The notes: generated by a model from the letters alone, not told the origin. 64,000 nucleotides of DNA from Nitrosopumilus sp. (GCA_965214775.1 OZ243974.1:2112001-2176000), one strand, 5' to 3'. Counted from the stretch's first letter, positions 1 to 10,857 are shown. Numbers and translations: made by a program.

Positions 1-147
1 CACAACATGCAACAGGCAGTCCGTGTCTCTGATTATACCGGATTCATGTATCTGGGAGACTTGATTGAGTTTAGGGAGACAAGGAAGCTCTTCACAGATC
101 CCCAAAATGAGCTTACAGCAAAATATGTCCAGGGTCAATTTGGATAA
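1..147 (+). CDS. pstB: Phosphate ABC transporter ATPase, 3' end only
   Basis: Frame 1 reads [24 protein letters not shown]...YVQGQFG*, the typical PstB C-terminus; directly upstream of phoU. Confidence 0.9.
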   Translation, partial: HNMQQAVRVSDYTGFMYLGDLIEFRETRKLFTDPQNELTAKYVQGQFG

Positions 148-149
148 TA

Positions 150-812
150 ATGGCCAGACTAATAGATCCATCCCTGCAAAAACTGTCTTTTATAATGTCT
201 GAGATGGGTGACATGGTAATTGAGTCAATCTCATTGGCAATAGAGTCGTACTTGGATGGCAAGAACACAAAACTAAAGGTTCTTGAGCTGTCTGACGCAA
301 TCCGCTTGAAATACTTTGAGGTTGAGGATTTGACCTTTGATATGCTTCTAAAGTATCAACCGGTGGCCGATGACTTTAGACTGATTCGTTCATCAACTGA
401 AATCTCCTATGCGTTTTCACGCTTTGGCAGATATGCTTATGACATCACTCTGGTCCGCGATCTGTTTGGTGACGTGACAGAATGCAAGAATGCGTCCCTG
501 ATCCAGTCCTCAAAAAAAGTGAAACACATGATAAAAGAGGCCGTCCTGTCTTTTGCCGAGCTTGATATCCGAAAGGCAGCAAGGATTCAGGAGGACGAAA
601 AGGAGATTGACAAGATTTACCGGGACAGGATTCCGAAACTCATCAATTCTGAAAACACTCGTTGCGCACTGGCCGAGGCCCTCTTGCTGCGATATCTTGA
701 GCGCATCGGAGATCATGCTGTCTTCATGAGTGATGCCATCAACTACATAGTCACGGGAAAGCACAGGCCGTCTGAGGCCAGAATCGCCTCCCATACCAAA
801 CAACTGCCTTAA
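150..812 (+). CDS. phoU: Phosphate uptake regulator PhoU
   Basis: QPVADDFR and LERIGDHA PhoU repeat motifs; follows pstB. Confidence 0.9.
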   Translation: MARLIDPSLQKLSFIMSEMGDMVIESISLAIESYLDGKNTKLKVLELSDAIRLKYFEVEDLTFDMLLKYQPVADDFRLIRSSTEISYAFSRFGRYAYDITLVRDLFGDVTECKNASLIQSSKKVKHMIKEAVLSFAELDIRKAARIQEDEKEIDKIYRDRIPKLINSENTRCALAEALLLRYLERIGDHAVFMSDAINYIVTGKHRPSEARIASHTKQLP

Positions 813-845
813 TTTTTATTCAGGCAGATTTTTTGCGAGGTACAC

Positions 846-1931
846 ATGGAAGTATTGGAATTAATCCAGTCTAATCTGCTGACTCCCATCATCCTGTTCT
901 TCTTGTTTGGGATTGTTGCGGCAAGAATAAAATCTGACTTGAAAATTCCCGAGGCAATTTCTGAATTTTTGCCAATCTACCTTCTAGCCGCAATTGGGCT
1001 GCATGGCGGAATCGAGATGCGAAGCACCGGGTTTGAAAACATGTTGGTTCCAATGTTTGCCGCAATTGGGTTGTCGCTGCTGTTTACGTTAAACCACTAT
1101 CAAATTTTACGAAGACTGGGAAAATTCAACCTGTTTGATTCCTATGCACTTGCATCAACCTATGGCGCAGTCGGCGCGGTTCATTTCTCAGTCGGCCTGT
1201 CTTTTCTGAAGAATCAGGGCGTGACGTCTGAAGGATACATTGCCGCAATACTTGCAGTGTTGGAACCGCTTGCATTCATTATGGCGATCTTCCTGACAAA
1301 TATCGCAGTCTCAAAGCAGTTAAAAGCAAAAAAGAAGTCTTTTGCAGGTGGCGAATCCTCAGACATTGACGTTGGATTGGGCCAAACAAGTACAAAACTC
1401 TCCCAGGTACTGCGCGAATCAATCACCGGAAAAGCAATCGTGATTCTTCTTGGGAGCATCGTAATCGGCTATATAATCGGCAAGGAAGGATTCGAACCAA
1501 TCATGATTGTCTTTGACGAAATGTTTACGGGTGCCATAGTTATCTTTATGATTGAAATGGGAGTCATAGCTGGTCAGAGATTAGACGACATCAAAAAGGT
1601 AGGCGTTTTTCTTACCGCGTTTGCCATAATCGTGCCTGTATTCAACGGAATGGTTGGCGTTGCCGTGGCAACATTGCTGGGATTAAGCATTGGAGGCGCA
1701 GTCATGTTTGGGTTGCTTATGGCCAGCGCCTCGTTTATTGCAGCGCCTGCCGTATTGCGCCATGCCATTCCTCAAGCAAAGCCAAGCCTTTACATTACTT
1801 CTGCATTGGGAATAACCTTCCCATTTAACATTATCGTGACACTTCCCATCCTGTTTGCAATCTCTACATTTCTTCACACCGGGGAGGGAACGATAGACTT
1901 ATTCCGATATGTTACAGAGGTATTTCGATGA
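846..1931 (+). CDS. sbtA: Sodium-dependent bicarbonate transporter SbtA family
   Basis: Polytopic membrane protein with KSDLKIP, YGAVGAV, ASASFIAAPA and LGITFPFNI motifs; PII-like partner overlaps its stop. Confidence 0.85.
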   Translation: MEVLELIQSNLLTPIILFFLFGIVAARIKSDLKIPEAISEFLPIYLLAAIGLHGGIEMRSTGFENMLVPMFAAIGLSLLFTLNHYQILRRLGKFNLFDSYALASTYGAVGAVHFSVGLSFLKNQGVTSEGYIAAILAVLEPLAFIMAIFLTNIAVSKQLKAKKKSFAGGESSDIDVGLGQTSTKLSQVLRESITGKAIVILLGSIVIGYIIGKEGFEPIMIVFDEMFTGAIVIFMIEMGVIAGQRLDDIKKVGVFLTAFAIIVPVFNGMVGVAVATLLGLSIGGAVMFGLLMASASFIAAPAVLRHAIPQAKPSLYITSALGITFPFNIIVTLPILFAISTFLHTGEGTIDLFRYVTEVFR

Positions 1932-2230
1932 AGCTTTACGATGTAAAATTGCTTACAGTCACATGTGAGATTCTGGCACAAAAAAGCGTTCTTGACATTC
2001 TGAGCAGGCATGACATCTCCGGTTACACGACCTATGAGGTAGAGGGAAAAGGCTCAAGAGGAATCCGGGGCCAGGGACTGAAAAATGAAAAAAATGTCAA
2101 GGTTGAGGCGATCGTGCGCCAGGACAAGCTTCAGGATGTTGTGGAGGAAATTTCAAGAACTCTCTTTGCGAATTTTGCAGTTGTTCTGTATGTTAGCGAT
2201 GTCGGCGTAGTCAGAACCGAGAAATTTTAA
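1928..2230 (+). CDS. sbtB: PII-like regulator SbtB
   Basis: GYTTYEVEGKGSRG, NVKVE and VVRTEKF PII-like motifs; ATGA overlap with sbtA. Confidence 0.8.
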   Translation: MKLYDVKLLTVTCEILAQKSVLDILSRHDISGYTTYEVEGKGSRGIRGQGLKNEKNVKVEAIVRQDKLQDVVEEISRTLFANFAVVLYVSDVGVVRTEKF

Positions 2231-2244
2231 AAATAGCAATCATT

Positions 2245-2530
2245 TCATTGTCGCCTCCTTGACCACTTTCTCATCCAATCAAGTGATCTGGAAACTGATT
2301 CTGCTAGTTCTTGGCCTCTGCCAGTTAGTTTGTCTTTCAGGCGTGGAGATACCTCTGCAAACGTCCGCCTCTCCAAAATTCCTTGGGATGCGAGTTCTGA
2401 GAGTCCTGTGGGTGACGTCTTGCTGCTGATTCCTTTGAATGACTTTGAATTGTCCGTGTTTTGTCTGATCTGGCACAGCACAACGGAAATAAAATTTCAT
2501 GTTAGTCCTTTTTGTGATTAAATCCGTGAT
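2245..2530 (-). pseudogene. Decayed HxlR-family winged-helix regulator
   Basis: LSELASQGILERRTFAEVSPR...LTGRGQELAES resembles an HxlR C-terminus; the N-terminal half is in another frame and abuts a MITE. Confidence 0.55.
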
Positions 2531-2540
2531 GGATGGTTGG

Positions 2541-2650
2541 GTAACTGATCGGGTTCTGGAAGCTGCTTCTGTTTCAGGCACAGATTCTCTTTGATCGATA
2601 TTTATCAGTGACAAAATTCATGCCTGAACTTCCAGAGCCCGACCTGTTAC
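2541..2650 (+). mobile_element. MITE family E copy (~110 bp)
   Basis: Imperfect TIR gtaactgatcgggttctggaa / ttccagagcccgacctgttac; relatives at 11775, 31811, 55866. Confidence 0.75.
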
Positions 2651-2833
2651 ATGGTCGGCCTCTTTCAATAATTCTGCAGCGTCATACCAAATAAATCCAC
2701 ATCTGTTCTCGATAACTGACAGTTTCCTTCCTTTGGTTTCCATGCTCTTGAACCCCAAATTATCGGATCGAGACACATTTTGATCACCACATTTGAAGCA
2801 ACACATGGCTAGTGTGTGATCATCTGCCTCTGC

Positions 2834-2902
2834 CAATCAGGCACGAATCGGTATGTGTAATTATGATTTCTATGCCTAGCCAGCACGGGATGTGATCCCC
2901 CG
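2834..2902 (-). repeat. MITE family C, partial copy
   Basis: caatcaggcacgaa...atgcctagccagcacgggatgtgatc resembles 4040-4120 and 62477-62541 in reverse. Confidence 0.5.
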
Positions 2903-2963
2903 TTGCTACGTATCATGGTTTTCAACCTCCTGTATTGGCAGTGTCAGATGTTTTCCACGCACA

Positions 2964-3392
2964 TCAGAGTTTTTTCTCTATTTTTTCCAAGGAAGAGATT
3001 ACCCTTGTCATGACACCCATCAGCTCACCATGGTTTTGATTCTGAGATGAGGCCATCTCCTTCTGAGATGAGGCCATCTCCTTCTGAGATGAGGCCATCT
3101 CCTTCTGAGATGAGGCAATTTCCTTGAGGATTTCGGTATGGGTTTTCAGGGTGTCATCTAATGCGTCAAACCGCTTGTGAAGGCTCCTTACTACCCGGCG
3201 TGTTGCCAGCATCATGTATATTCCTACGGAACCGGCGATAATAAAGGCACCTCCCAGGGCCTGCAGCATCTCTGAGTGAAACGGATCCAACCCAGCTGAC
3301 AGAATGACTGCTCCTGCTGCGACTATTGCAATCAGAAAGGAGTTGTCCATCACAATCTCACTCAAGTTTTTTGAATCCTCCTGCGGGTTCAT
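2964..3392 (-). CDS. Two-TM membrane protein with coiled-coil heptad repeats
   Basis: Two hydrophobic segments then (SSQKEMA)n encoded by a 21-bp tandem repeat at about 3042-3120. Confidence 0.7.
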   Translation of the reverse strand: MNPQEDSKNLSEIVMDNSFLIAIVAAGAVILSAGLDPFHSEMLQALGGAFIIAGSVGIYMMLATRRVVRSLHKRFDALDDTLKTHTEILKEIASSQKEMASSQKEMASSQKEMASSQNQNHGELMGVMTRVISSLEKIEKKL

Positions 3393-3618
3393 GATGACTT
3401 GCCCTCACTCATATTGAATGTGACAAAGCATTGCAGTGTCGTTTCGCAATGATTTGACAGTAATTGAAAATCCATCCATCAATCACTTCCACAGACATAG
3501 CAGCTGACCTCCTGCGCGGAGGATTTTGTGCAGGCTGCTCTTTGAAGGAATGCTGTATTTTGCATGCCATATGTATGATCAAATATGATATAAGGGTACC
3601 GTACTATACGGTAACATG

Positions 3619-3748
3619 GGGGTTGTCGCCTAATTCCACCTGCCGGACTCAATCCGCACATTTTTCTGAATATCCGCCATTTTTGCACGCCTAGTCCGGA
3701 TAACATCGTATGATTTTCAGAAATTCTGATGAATTAGGCGACAACCCC
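3619..3748 (+). mobile_element. MITE family B (130 bp) with 9-bp target duplication
   Basis: Perfect 18-bp TIR ggggttgtcgcctaattc / gaattaggcgacaacccc; ggtaacatg repeated at 3610-3618 and 3749-3757. Confidence 0.9.
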
Positions 3749-4039
3749 GGTAACATGTTCAAAACCTCCAAAAATCCAACAGGAATCCACAACTTGAATA
3801 ATATTCAGCTGGAATTGCGTTTATGGGCAGAACACATTTGGAGACTCCCATCCAAAAACAATACGGCCAGAGCTGTCTGAAGACCAGCTTCAAATCTGCA
3901 ACAAGATATCGTGAAACTATTTGCGCTCGGCTCTTCGAATTTCTGACTGGCCCTGAGAGGTGGACATCTGGACAGGAACCATCCACGACATGACGAACCA
4001 CGTTTCCATAATTACACCTGCTACAATATTTTTGTATGT

Positions 4040-4120
4040 GGTCACGTCCCCTTGCTAGCTAGGCACGAAGATCACAACCATTCATGCTAATTCGTGCCTG
4101 ACTGGTGAGGGCAGGTGACC
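4040..4120 (+). mobile_element. MITE family C (~81 bp palindromic element)
   Basis: Imperfect IR ggtcac...aggcacgaa / ttcgtgcct...gtgacc. Confidence 0.65.
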
Positions 4121-4261
4121 TCGTACATATTTTTTATAGTTGCGATTAAAAGTTCTTCAAAAACAAAGCGTTTTCCTAGCAGTCCGTACCCATACGTGTT
4201 GAAGAATTTTCGTTTGACACTGTGCTTGACAACTTTAATAGTCTGCCTAGTAAACCAAGGC

Positions 4262-5062
4262 ATGAAAAGTTTGATTAAAGGTGATATGAAAAAAATATAC
4301 TCCAAGATGATGGTATCTTCTGGAAACACTAACTACTACTGTTGCATTCCAAGTGAGTATCCGCCCGATGAATCTTCCACTGATGCAACAAAATTGATAG
4401 ATTATGATCAAAAGGATACCAAATCAATTCTGCAAGAATCGATTTTAGGAGTTGGACGTGGAGCTCCAATCAATCATGCTAATATCAAAGAAGTCGAGGT
4501 TGTCGTTGATCTGGATTCTGAAGCTGACATTGATGTTTTTTTGGCAGCAAAACCGGCATTGAATTCTGGAAAGTCTATTGGCATTGACATGGCTGATCAA
4601 ATGCTTGGGAAATCAAGAGAAAGCACAACACAAGGAAATTATTCAAATGTCGAATTCAGGAAAGGAGACACTGAAGTAACAACTCTGTTAAATCACAACT
4701 CCGCTGATGCTGTAATTGGTAACTATGCCGTAAATCCTACAACAAGCAAAATAAACACACTCAAAGAAGCCTTTCGAATTTTAAGAAAAAATGTAAGAAT
4801 GATGATTTCTGATTTGGTTGCTGGCGTGAAATTACTCGCAGAAAAAGTCAGTTCAGATCAACGCTGTGAGTGCATTGATGGCGGTGCAACAACAGCAACA
4901 ACAACGATAGTGACCAAAAAAGAAAACCGTCTTTCATCTGTCAAGGAGGACGGATTTGACACAATCAAAATATTAGAAGAAAGACAGAACTATACATGGA
5001 AGGCAAGAAAAAAAATCAATGGCAGAAAAATTTCCGGCCTTGCAATTAAAGCAATTAGATGA
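4262..5062 (+). pseudogene. arsM: Arsenite methyltransferase-like ORF, open but degenerate
   Basis: ArsM-like layout upstream of arsC, but motif I reads DLDSEADID (normally DLGSGxGxD) and LGVGRGAP/IGNYAV replace the usual Cys-containing motifs. Confidence 0.7.
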
Positions 5063-5076
5063 TCCGGTTCTGAGAA

Positions 5077-5472
5077 ATGAAAAAAATCCTCTTTGTATGT
5101 GTTGAAAATGCAGGACGCAGTCAAATGGCCGAAGGATTTTTGCGCCATTTTGCGCCTGGAATGGATGTTTTGAGCGCAGGCACCAAACCAAAACCAGGAC
5201 TCAATCCAAACGTCGTAAGCGTTATGCAGGAAATCGGAATTGACATAACAAAGCAAAAGCCTAAAGAACTTACCGGTGAGATGATTTCTCAATCAATCAC
5301 TGTCAACATGGGATGCATGGATGAAGACTCGTGCCCTGCATTGTTTGTAAAGGGTGTCATTGATTGGAATATCTCAGATCCCAAAGACAAGGATCTTGAA
5401 CAAATCAGGGAGATTCGTGATCAAATAAAAAACAAGGTTATGAATCTGATAAAAAACCTGGAGAACAAATAA
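5077..5472 (+). CDS. arsC: Arsenate reductase, LMW-PTP (thioredoxin-coupled) type
   Basis: CVENAGRSQMAE P-loop, further Cys pair, WNISDP. Confidence 0.85.
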   Translation: MKKILFVCVENAGRSQMAEGFLRHFAPGMDVLSAGTKPKPGLNPNVVSVMQEIGIDITKQKPKELTGEMISQSITVNMGCMDEDSCPALFVKGVIDWNISDPKDKDLEQIREIRDQIKNKVMNLIKNLENK

Positions 5473-6152
5473 TGGCATATTCCAACCTTCAAATCTTTAC
5501 GGCTGAATTAATCGGTACTTTTGTCCTTGTAATTTTTGCAACCGGCTTTATCGTATATGATGCGAAAATGTTTGACGGTGAATTGGGAATTCCATTTGCA
5601 GCCGTTGCGCCTTTTATTGCCTTACTTATTGGAGTTTACTCGTTTGGGAAAATTTCACTAGCTCACTTTAATCCTGCAGTGACGATTGGCTACTATATTA
5701 CGGGCCACATATCAAAAATTCAAATCGCATATTATTTTGCAGCTGAGATTATCGGCGCTATTTTGGGCTCGTTATTTGTTTTGACTTTTATTGGTGATTT
5801 TGCGGATCTTGGCGCAAATGCGCCCAATTTTGATCACTCTATATTTTTGGTATTTCCGGTTGAAGCATTGGCGTCTGCAATGCTTATGGGGGTGATCTTT
5901 TACGTCGTTTATACAAAGGGATTGAAAGGATTCAGCGGCGTGGCCATTGGTGGCATTGTCGGACTTGATATCTTGTTTTTGGCGTCCCTGTCTGGGGCCT
6001 CGATGAATCCCGCAAGAGCCTTGGCACCCGCATTATTGTCTGGAACACTTGAAAACCTGTGGCTCTACTGGACGGCTCCCTTTGTGGGCACTGCAATAGT
6101 TGCCTTCTTGTTTAGGGGCAAATTCCAAGAGCAAAGACTTGCCGAATCCTGA
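5472..6152 (+). CDS. MIP/aquaporin family channel, probable arsenite efflux
   Basis: Two NPA motifs (HFNPAV, SMNPAR); overlaps arsC stop. Confidence 0.9.
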   Translation: MAYSNLQIFTAELIGTFVLVIFATGFIVYDAKMFDGELGIPFAAVAPFIALLIGVYSFGKISLAHFNPAVTIGYYITGHISKIQIAYYFAAEIIGAILGSLFVLTFIGDFADLGANAPNFDHSIFLVFPVEALASAMLMGVIFYVVYTKGLKGFSGVAIGGIVGLDILFLASLSGASMNPARALAPALLSGTLENLWLYWTAPFVGTAIVAFLFRGKFQEQRLAES

Positions 6153-6181
6153 GAGATACTGTTTTTGTGTTGATTGTGTAC

Positions 6182-7455
6182 TGTCTTATACAGAAATTAG
6201 GTCCGCCTAAGATAAGGCGTACGATGTACGAGTTTACCCCTCACCTGTGATACGGTGTGGCATGCGTGATCATAAAGGCTCCAGACACCAGTGACGCCCA
6301 AGGGGTAAACTCATACCACACGATCGCTGAATATTTCAGACTGTACCGATCAGATAAAGACATGACAAGAAAGATGTCGGACAAAGAGATTAGGTATGTT
6401 ATCAAGTGACGTAATGCCGGAAAGAGCGCCACGTCGCTGGCCCGCGACATGAAGGTGACGCCACGGCACGTGAGGAGGATTTACGCTAGGTATTGCCGGA
6501 CAGGAAAGATCAGTCTTCCCAGAAGTAACCGACTCACGGCGGTGCAGTAGGTGACATGCGGATCTGCAGGCATCCTCATCTGAATTGTTTCGAGCCTGGG
6601 ATGATTTGATGCGGTACTTCTGGGAAGACTGAAGATGCATGTACAGCAAAAGGTGGGAAGGCCGCACCGCAACCCGCGGCAGGTCAGATGCAGGCAGTCT
6701 TGGACATGCACTCTGCAGAACACGTAGGCGTGATGCGCACTGCCATGCGCCTGCAGGATGCAGGTCACATTATAAGCTACAACAGCACATATCATACAAT
6801 GAAAGAGCAGGGACTCGTTACTCCATCAGATGCCAAATCGGGCCAAAAGAAGTGGCTGCGCTATGAGCGCAAGTACTCCAACGCAATGTGGCACGTGGGC
6901 TGGCACGAAATGAATGATCCACGCCTGAGAGGGCTCAATCTAGTCACGTTTTTGGACGATTCATCCCGGTGTATCATGGCGGCACGGACGTTTGCCGAGG
7001 CCACATCAGAAAACGTGGTGATAACACTCAGGGAGGCCATAGACAGATTTGGCACGCCGGCTACCATACTGTCTGACAACGGCAGGTGCTTCAATGGCGG
7101 CCGCAGCAAGAAGAGCATGCCAAAGGGGACGTGGACGCCGACTGCCTTTGAGGCCGAACTGCTGGACCGGAGCATCGGACTGATAAACTCCAGACCGTAT
7201 CATCCGGAGACCAACGGCAAGATGAAACGGTTCCACGGCAGCATAGAGGCCGAGATCCGCCACTATGAGAGCTTGGATGCATACATCAAGTACTATAACG
7301 AGCGCAGGCTGCACTTTGGACTGGACATAGCCTGCCGCCAGACGCCCATCATGGCATTCTCGGACAAAACGGCCACAGAAGCGATCAGGAAATCTGACCC
7401 AAAATGGATGGAGAGGGACATCAATGAATAGCAGACATTATTTCCATATAACACA
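6182..7455 (+). mobile_element. IS481-family element, inactive
   Basis: TGT...ACA ends with imperfect IR (tgtcttatacagaaattaggtccgc vs rc tgtgttatatggaaataatgtctgc); transposase broken. Confidence 0.8.
6375..7431 (+). pseudogene. IS481 transposase pseudogene
   Basis: N-terminus has stops/frameshifts; the rve core (6688-7431) has WHVGWH and GKMKRF where catalytic D and E are expected. Confidence 0.8.
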
Positions 7456-7878
7456 TGAAGGCCGGGACAACAAACAAAATCACTAGACTTGATGCATAAT
7501 CTGTCGTGGCTAGAAATTCCGCAAGCTTTTCCAGACGCCGACGGTGTTGATCAGATCAAACCGCATGCGGATCCCGTCGTGACACACAAACACCGGTCTA
7601 TGTCAAAAGGACATGTGCAGCCCTGTAGCACGGCGATGTGCCCATCTGGTGAGTCAGGAACAAGGCGGCCGGTGCCGCCGTACGTCATATGTCAAGCAGC
7701 AGGTGGCATGGTACGCACAGTTGAAATCTGGACATTTTTTATCAAAATAGGCACGATATGTCAAAATTACGGTCCGTTTTTTTGATGTGCACACTACTGC
7801 AGATCCGCATATTCTCTCTTACACCACCACGAGCCAGTTACTTTTGGGAAGACTGTACTACGAATAATAATAATAATA

Positions 7879-9180
7879 ATGCCATCTAAAGCAGTCCTGA
7901 TGTTGTCAAAATCCAAAAAATTATTTGATGATGCAAAAAAGGTGATTCCCTCTGGAGTGAACAGTCCAGTTAGGTATTTTGAACCCTATCCGTTCTTTGT
8001 GAAAAAATCCAATGGAAGCAACATTTGGGATGCAGACAACAAAAAGCTAATTGATTTCTGTAACGGCTATGGCGCACTGCTGCTTGGACACAGAAGAAAA
8101 GAAGTCATCTCGTCTGTCTCCAAACAGCTGAAACTTGGAACGTTGTACTGTGCACCGACTGAAAATGAAACCAAACTGTCAAAACTCATAGTCAAAAATT
8201 ATTCCTCTGTTGACAAAGTGCGGTTGGTAAATACCGGCGGAGAAGCCACAATGACTGCAATTCGCTTGGCAAGAGGCCATACCAAGAAAAACAAAATCGT
8301 CAAATTTGAGGGATGCTATCACGGTGCGCATGATTCTGTTTTAGTAAAGGCCGGATCCGGCTCTGCGCATAACGGAATCTCTGTTTCTGAAGGCGGTCTT
8401 AGGGAAGTCTCAAAACATACACTAGTTGCACAGTACAACAATTTTGAGGACATTGAAACCATTATCAGAAAAAATGACGATATTGCAGGTGTCATTGTTG
8501 AGCCGATTTTAGCCAACATGGGGCTGATCCTGCCTGAGAAAGACTTCTTGATGCATATTCGAAAACTTACAAGGCAAAACAACATCCCTCTGATCTTCGA
8601 CGAGGTAGTAACTGGCTTTAGAGTCTCGACAGGCGGGGCCCAAAAATACTTTGGAATAAAGCCGGACATAACAACAATGGCAAAGGCGCTGGGAAACGGA
8701 TTTGGAATTGCGGCAGTCGGAGGCAAAAAGCAGATCATGGATCATCTATCACCTGGAGGCAGGGTCTATCAGGCAAGCACGTTTGCCGGAAATCCCGTTG
8801 CAGTAAGTGCCGCTTTGGCGTCAGTTACGACCATGGAAAAACTTCAAAACAAACTATATTCAAAATTAGAGAAATACTGTGCACGATTCTCCAATGCATT
8901 GGATGATCTTGCTGCAGACTTTGGAATTCCTCACCAAATCAACTTTGTTTCTTCGATGATGCAAATCTTCTTTTCTGACATACCTGTAACAAACTATCAG
9001 ACTTCGGTAAATGCCGATGCAAAGAAATTCAGGAAAATGTTTTCCGTACTTTTTAAAAATGGCGTCTTTGTAGCTCCCTCGCAATTTGAGGTCGTCTTTT
9101 TTTCAGACGCACACACCTGTTCTGATGTGGACAAGACACTTGACGCATATCGTTTGGCGCTCAAAGCGGTGAAAAATTGA
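7879..9180 (+). CDS. hemL: Glutamate-1-semialdehyde 2,1-aminomutase
   Basis: PSGVNSPVR, FEGCYHG, FDEVVTGFR, STFAGNP; start may be ATG 7900. Confidence 0.95.
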   Translation: MPSKAVLMLSKSKKLFDDAKKVIPSGVNSPVRYFEPYPFFVKKSNGSNIWDADNKKLIDFCNGYGALLLGHRRKEVISSVSKQLKLGTLYCAPTENETKLSKLIVKNYSSVDKVRLVNTGGEATMTAIRLARGHTKKNKIVKFEGCYHGAHDSVLVKAGSGSAHNGISVSEGGLREVSKHTLVAQYNNFEDIETIIRKNDDIAGVIVEPILANMGLILPEKDFLMHIRKLTRQNNIPLIFDEVVTGFRVSTGGAQKYFGIKPDITTMAKALGNGFGIAAVGGKKQIMDHLSPGGRVYQASTFAGNPVAVSAALASVTTMEKLQNKLYSKLEKYCARFSNALDDLAADFGIPHQINFVSSMMQIFFSDIPVTNYQTSVNADAKKFRKMFSVLFKNGVFVAPSQFEVVFFSDAHTCSDVDKTLDAYRLALKAVKN

Positions 9181-10115
9181 AGTATGTTGTAGGCGCAAGA
9201 GGCAGCAGGCTATCTGTGGCCCAGACAAATTGGGTAATTTCTGAACTAAAAAAAACAAACAGTGATCTGGAGTTTGAGATAAAACCCATCACTACAAAAG
9301 GCGATACTGACAGCAGGCCCCTGTTTGCAATTGATCAAAAAGGAATTTTTGAAAAAGAGGTAGACAGGGCAGTTGCCCAAAAAAAAGTCGATTTTGCCGT
9401 ACACAGCCTAAAGGACGTTCCATCAAAACTTGATTCCGGACTGGTATTGGCATGCATTCCAAAGCGCGAGGCGGTAAATGACGTATTCATCTCTCCGGAC
9501 GGATCGACCCTGGAATCAATTAAACCCGGCTCTGTTGTTGGAACTAGCTCGCTGCGGCGTGCCGTTCAGGTCTCTAGAAAAAGACCTGATGTTACAGTAA
9601 AACCGATTCGCGGAAACATAGAAACCAGAATAAAGAAGGCATCAGGCAGGGATTATGATGCAATAGTTCTTGCAAAGGCGGGAATTTCTAGATTGTCTGT
9701 GGATGTAAAACACTCAATACTTTCAACTGATGATTTTTCCCCTTCCCCCGGCCAGGGAGCAATCGCAGCAGTTGCAAGGGAAGACGATTCATCTACCATT
9801 GGGATGCTCAAAAGTATTGAAGATGAAGATTCTAGACTGGAAATTCAAGCAGAAAGAGCATTATCTGACTATGTGGATTCCGGGTGCAGATTTCCGATAG
9901 GGGCCCATGCCAAATCATCTGGCTCTGAAATGATTCTTACCGTGACTGCTTTTTCAGTCGATGGAAAAAAATCCCTTCGGGTTACTGCTGCCGGTTCTAA
10001 AAACGATCCTGTCTCAATTGGCCGTGATGCCGGAAAACAACTGCAAGAAAAAGGCATAAAAGATCTTGCATTAAATTGGAGAGAAAAAGTAGAGGAATGG
10101 AACAGAAAGTCATGA
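9177..10115 (+). CDS. hemC: Porphobilinogen deaminase
   Basis: RGSRLS, TKGD, AVHSLKDVP, GTSSLRR, IRGNIETR. Confidence 0.95.
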   Translation: MKYVVGARGSRLSVAQTNWVISELKKTNSDLEFEIKPITTKGDTDSRPLFAIDQKGIFEKEVDRAVAQKKVDFAVHSLKDVPSKLDSGLVLACIPKREAVNDVFISPDGSTLESIKPGSVVGTSSLRRAVQVSRKRPDVTVKPIRGNIETRIKKASGRDYDAIVLAKAGISRLSVDVKHSILSTDDFSPSPGQGAIAAVAREDDSSTIGMLKSIEDEDSRLEIQAERALSDYVDSGCRFPIGAHAKSSGSEMILTVTAFSVDGKKSLRVTAAGSKNDPVSIGRDAGKQLQEKGIKDLALNWREKVEEWNRKS

Positions 10116-10855
10116 CAGCAGGCAAAGTGTATCTTGTTGGTGCCGGTCCCGGAGACAGCAAGCTGATCACCATGCGGGCAGCAGAGCTCCTTCAAAAGGC
10201 AGACGTTGTTTTGTATGACAGGCTTGTTGGCAAAAAAATAATTGCGATGATTCCAAAAAAGACCGAGAGGGTCTATGTCGGCAGAGCAGTAGGAGATGAC
10301 ACGGCCCACCAAAACACGACAAATGATCTCATGGTGCGGTACGCCAAATCAAAAAAACACGTCGTGAGGCTGAAAGGAGGGGATCCAATCATTTTTGGCC
10401 GTGGCGGCGAAGAAGCAGAATTCCTCAAAGATCATAACGTAAGGTATGAAATCGTACCTGGCATCACCTCCGGAATCGGCTCTGCCACATATGCTGGGAT
10501 TCCCCTTACCCATAGAAGGCATGCGTCATCTGTGGCCTTTGTAACCGGACATGAGGATCCCGAAAAGAAAAACGAATCTGTAAAGTGGAGGCGATTGGCA
10601 AAATCAGTTGATACAATCGTGATAATGATGGGCCTGTCAAGAATTGACGTTATTTGCAGACAACTTGTTGCAGGAGGCATGGACAAAAAAACCCCTGTTG
10701 CAGTTATTCAAAACGGAACAACTCCCAGGCAAAAAATGATCAAAGGCAATGTGACTAACATTGCAAGGAAAACAAAAGAAAACAAAATCACTCCTCCGGC
10801 CAACATCATTATTGGAAACGTGGTTGATTTGTCTGACACGATCGGGTGGAAATAA
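10112..10855 (+). CDS. cobA: Uroporphyrinogen-III C-methyltransferase
   Basis: VYLVGAGPGD, RLKGGDPIIFGRGGEE; ATGA overlap with hemC. Confidence 0.95.
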   Translation: MTAGKVYLVGAGPGDSKLITMRAAELLQKADVVLYDRLVGKKIIAMIPKKTERVYVGRAVGDDTAHQNTTNDLMVRYAKSKKHVVRLKGGDPIIFGRGGEEAEFLKDHNVRYEIVPGITSGIGSATYAGIPLTHRRHASSVAFVTGHEDPEKKNESVKWRRLAKSVDTIVIMMGLSRIDVICRQLVAGGMDKKTPVAVIQNGTTPRQKMIKGNVTNIARKTKENKITPPANIIIGNVVDLSDTIGWK

Positions 10856-10857
10856 TA

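Noticed and set aside
3759-4001. Possible decayed arsR divergent from arsM
   Set aside because: Position fits but no HTH motif could be read
7730-7800. Weak similarity to 62790-62850 as another repeat family
   Set aside because: Short, AT-rich and no terminal repeats established
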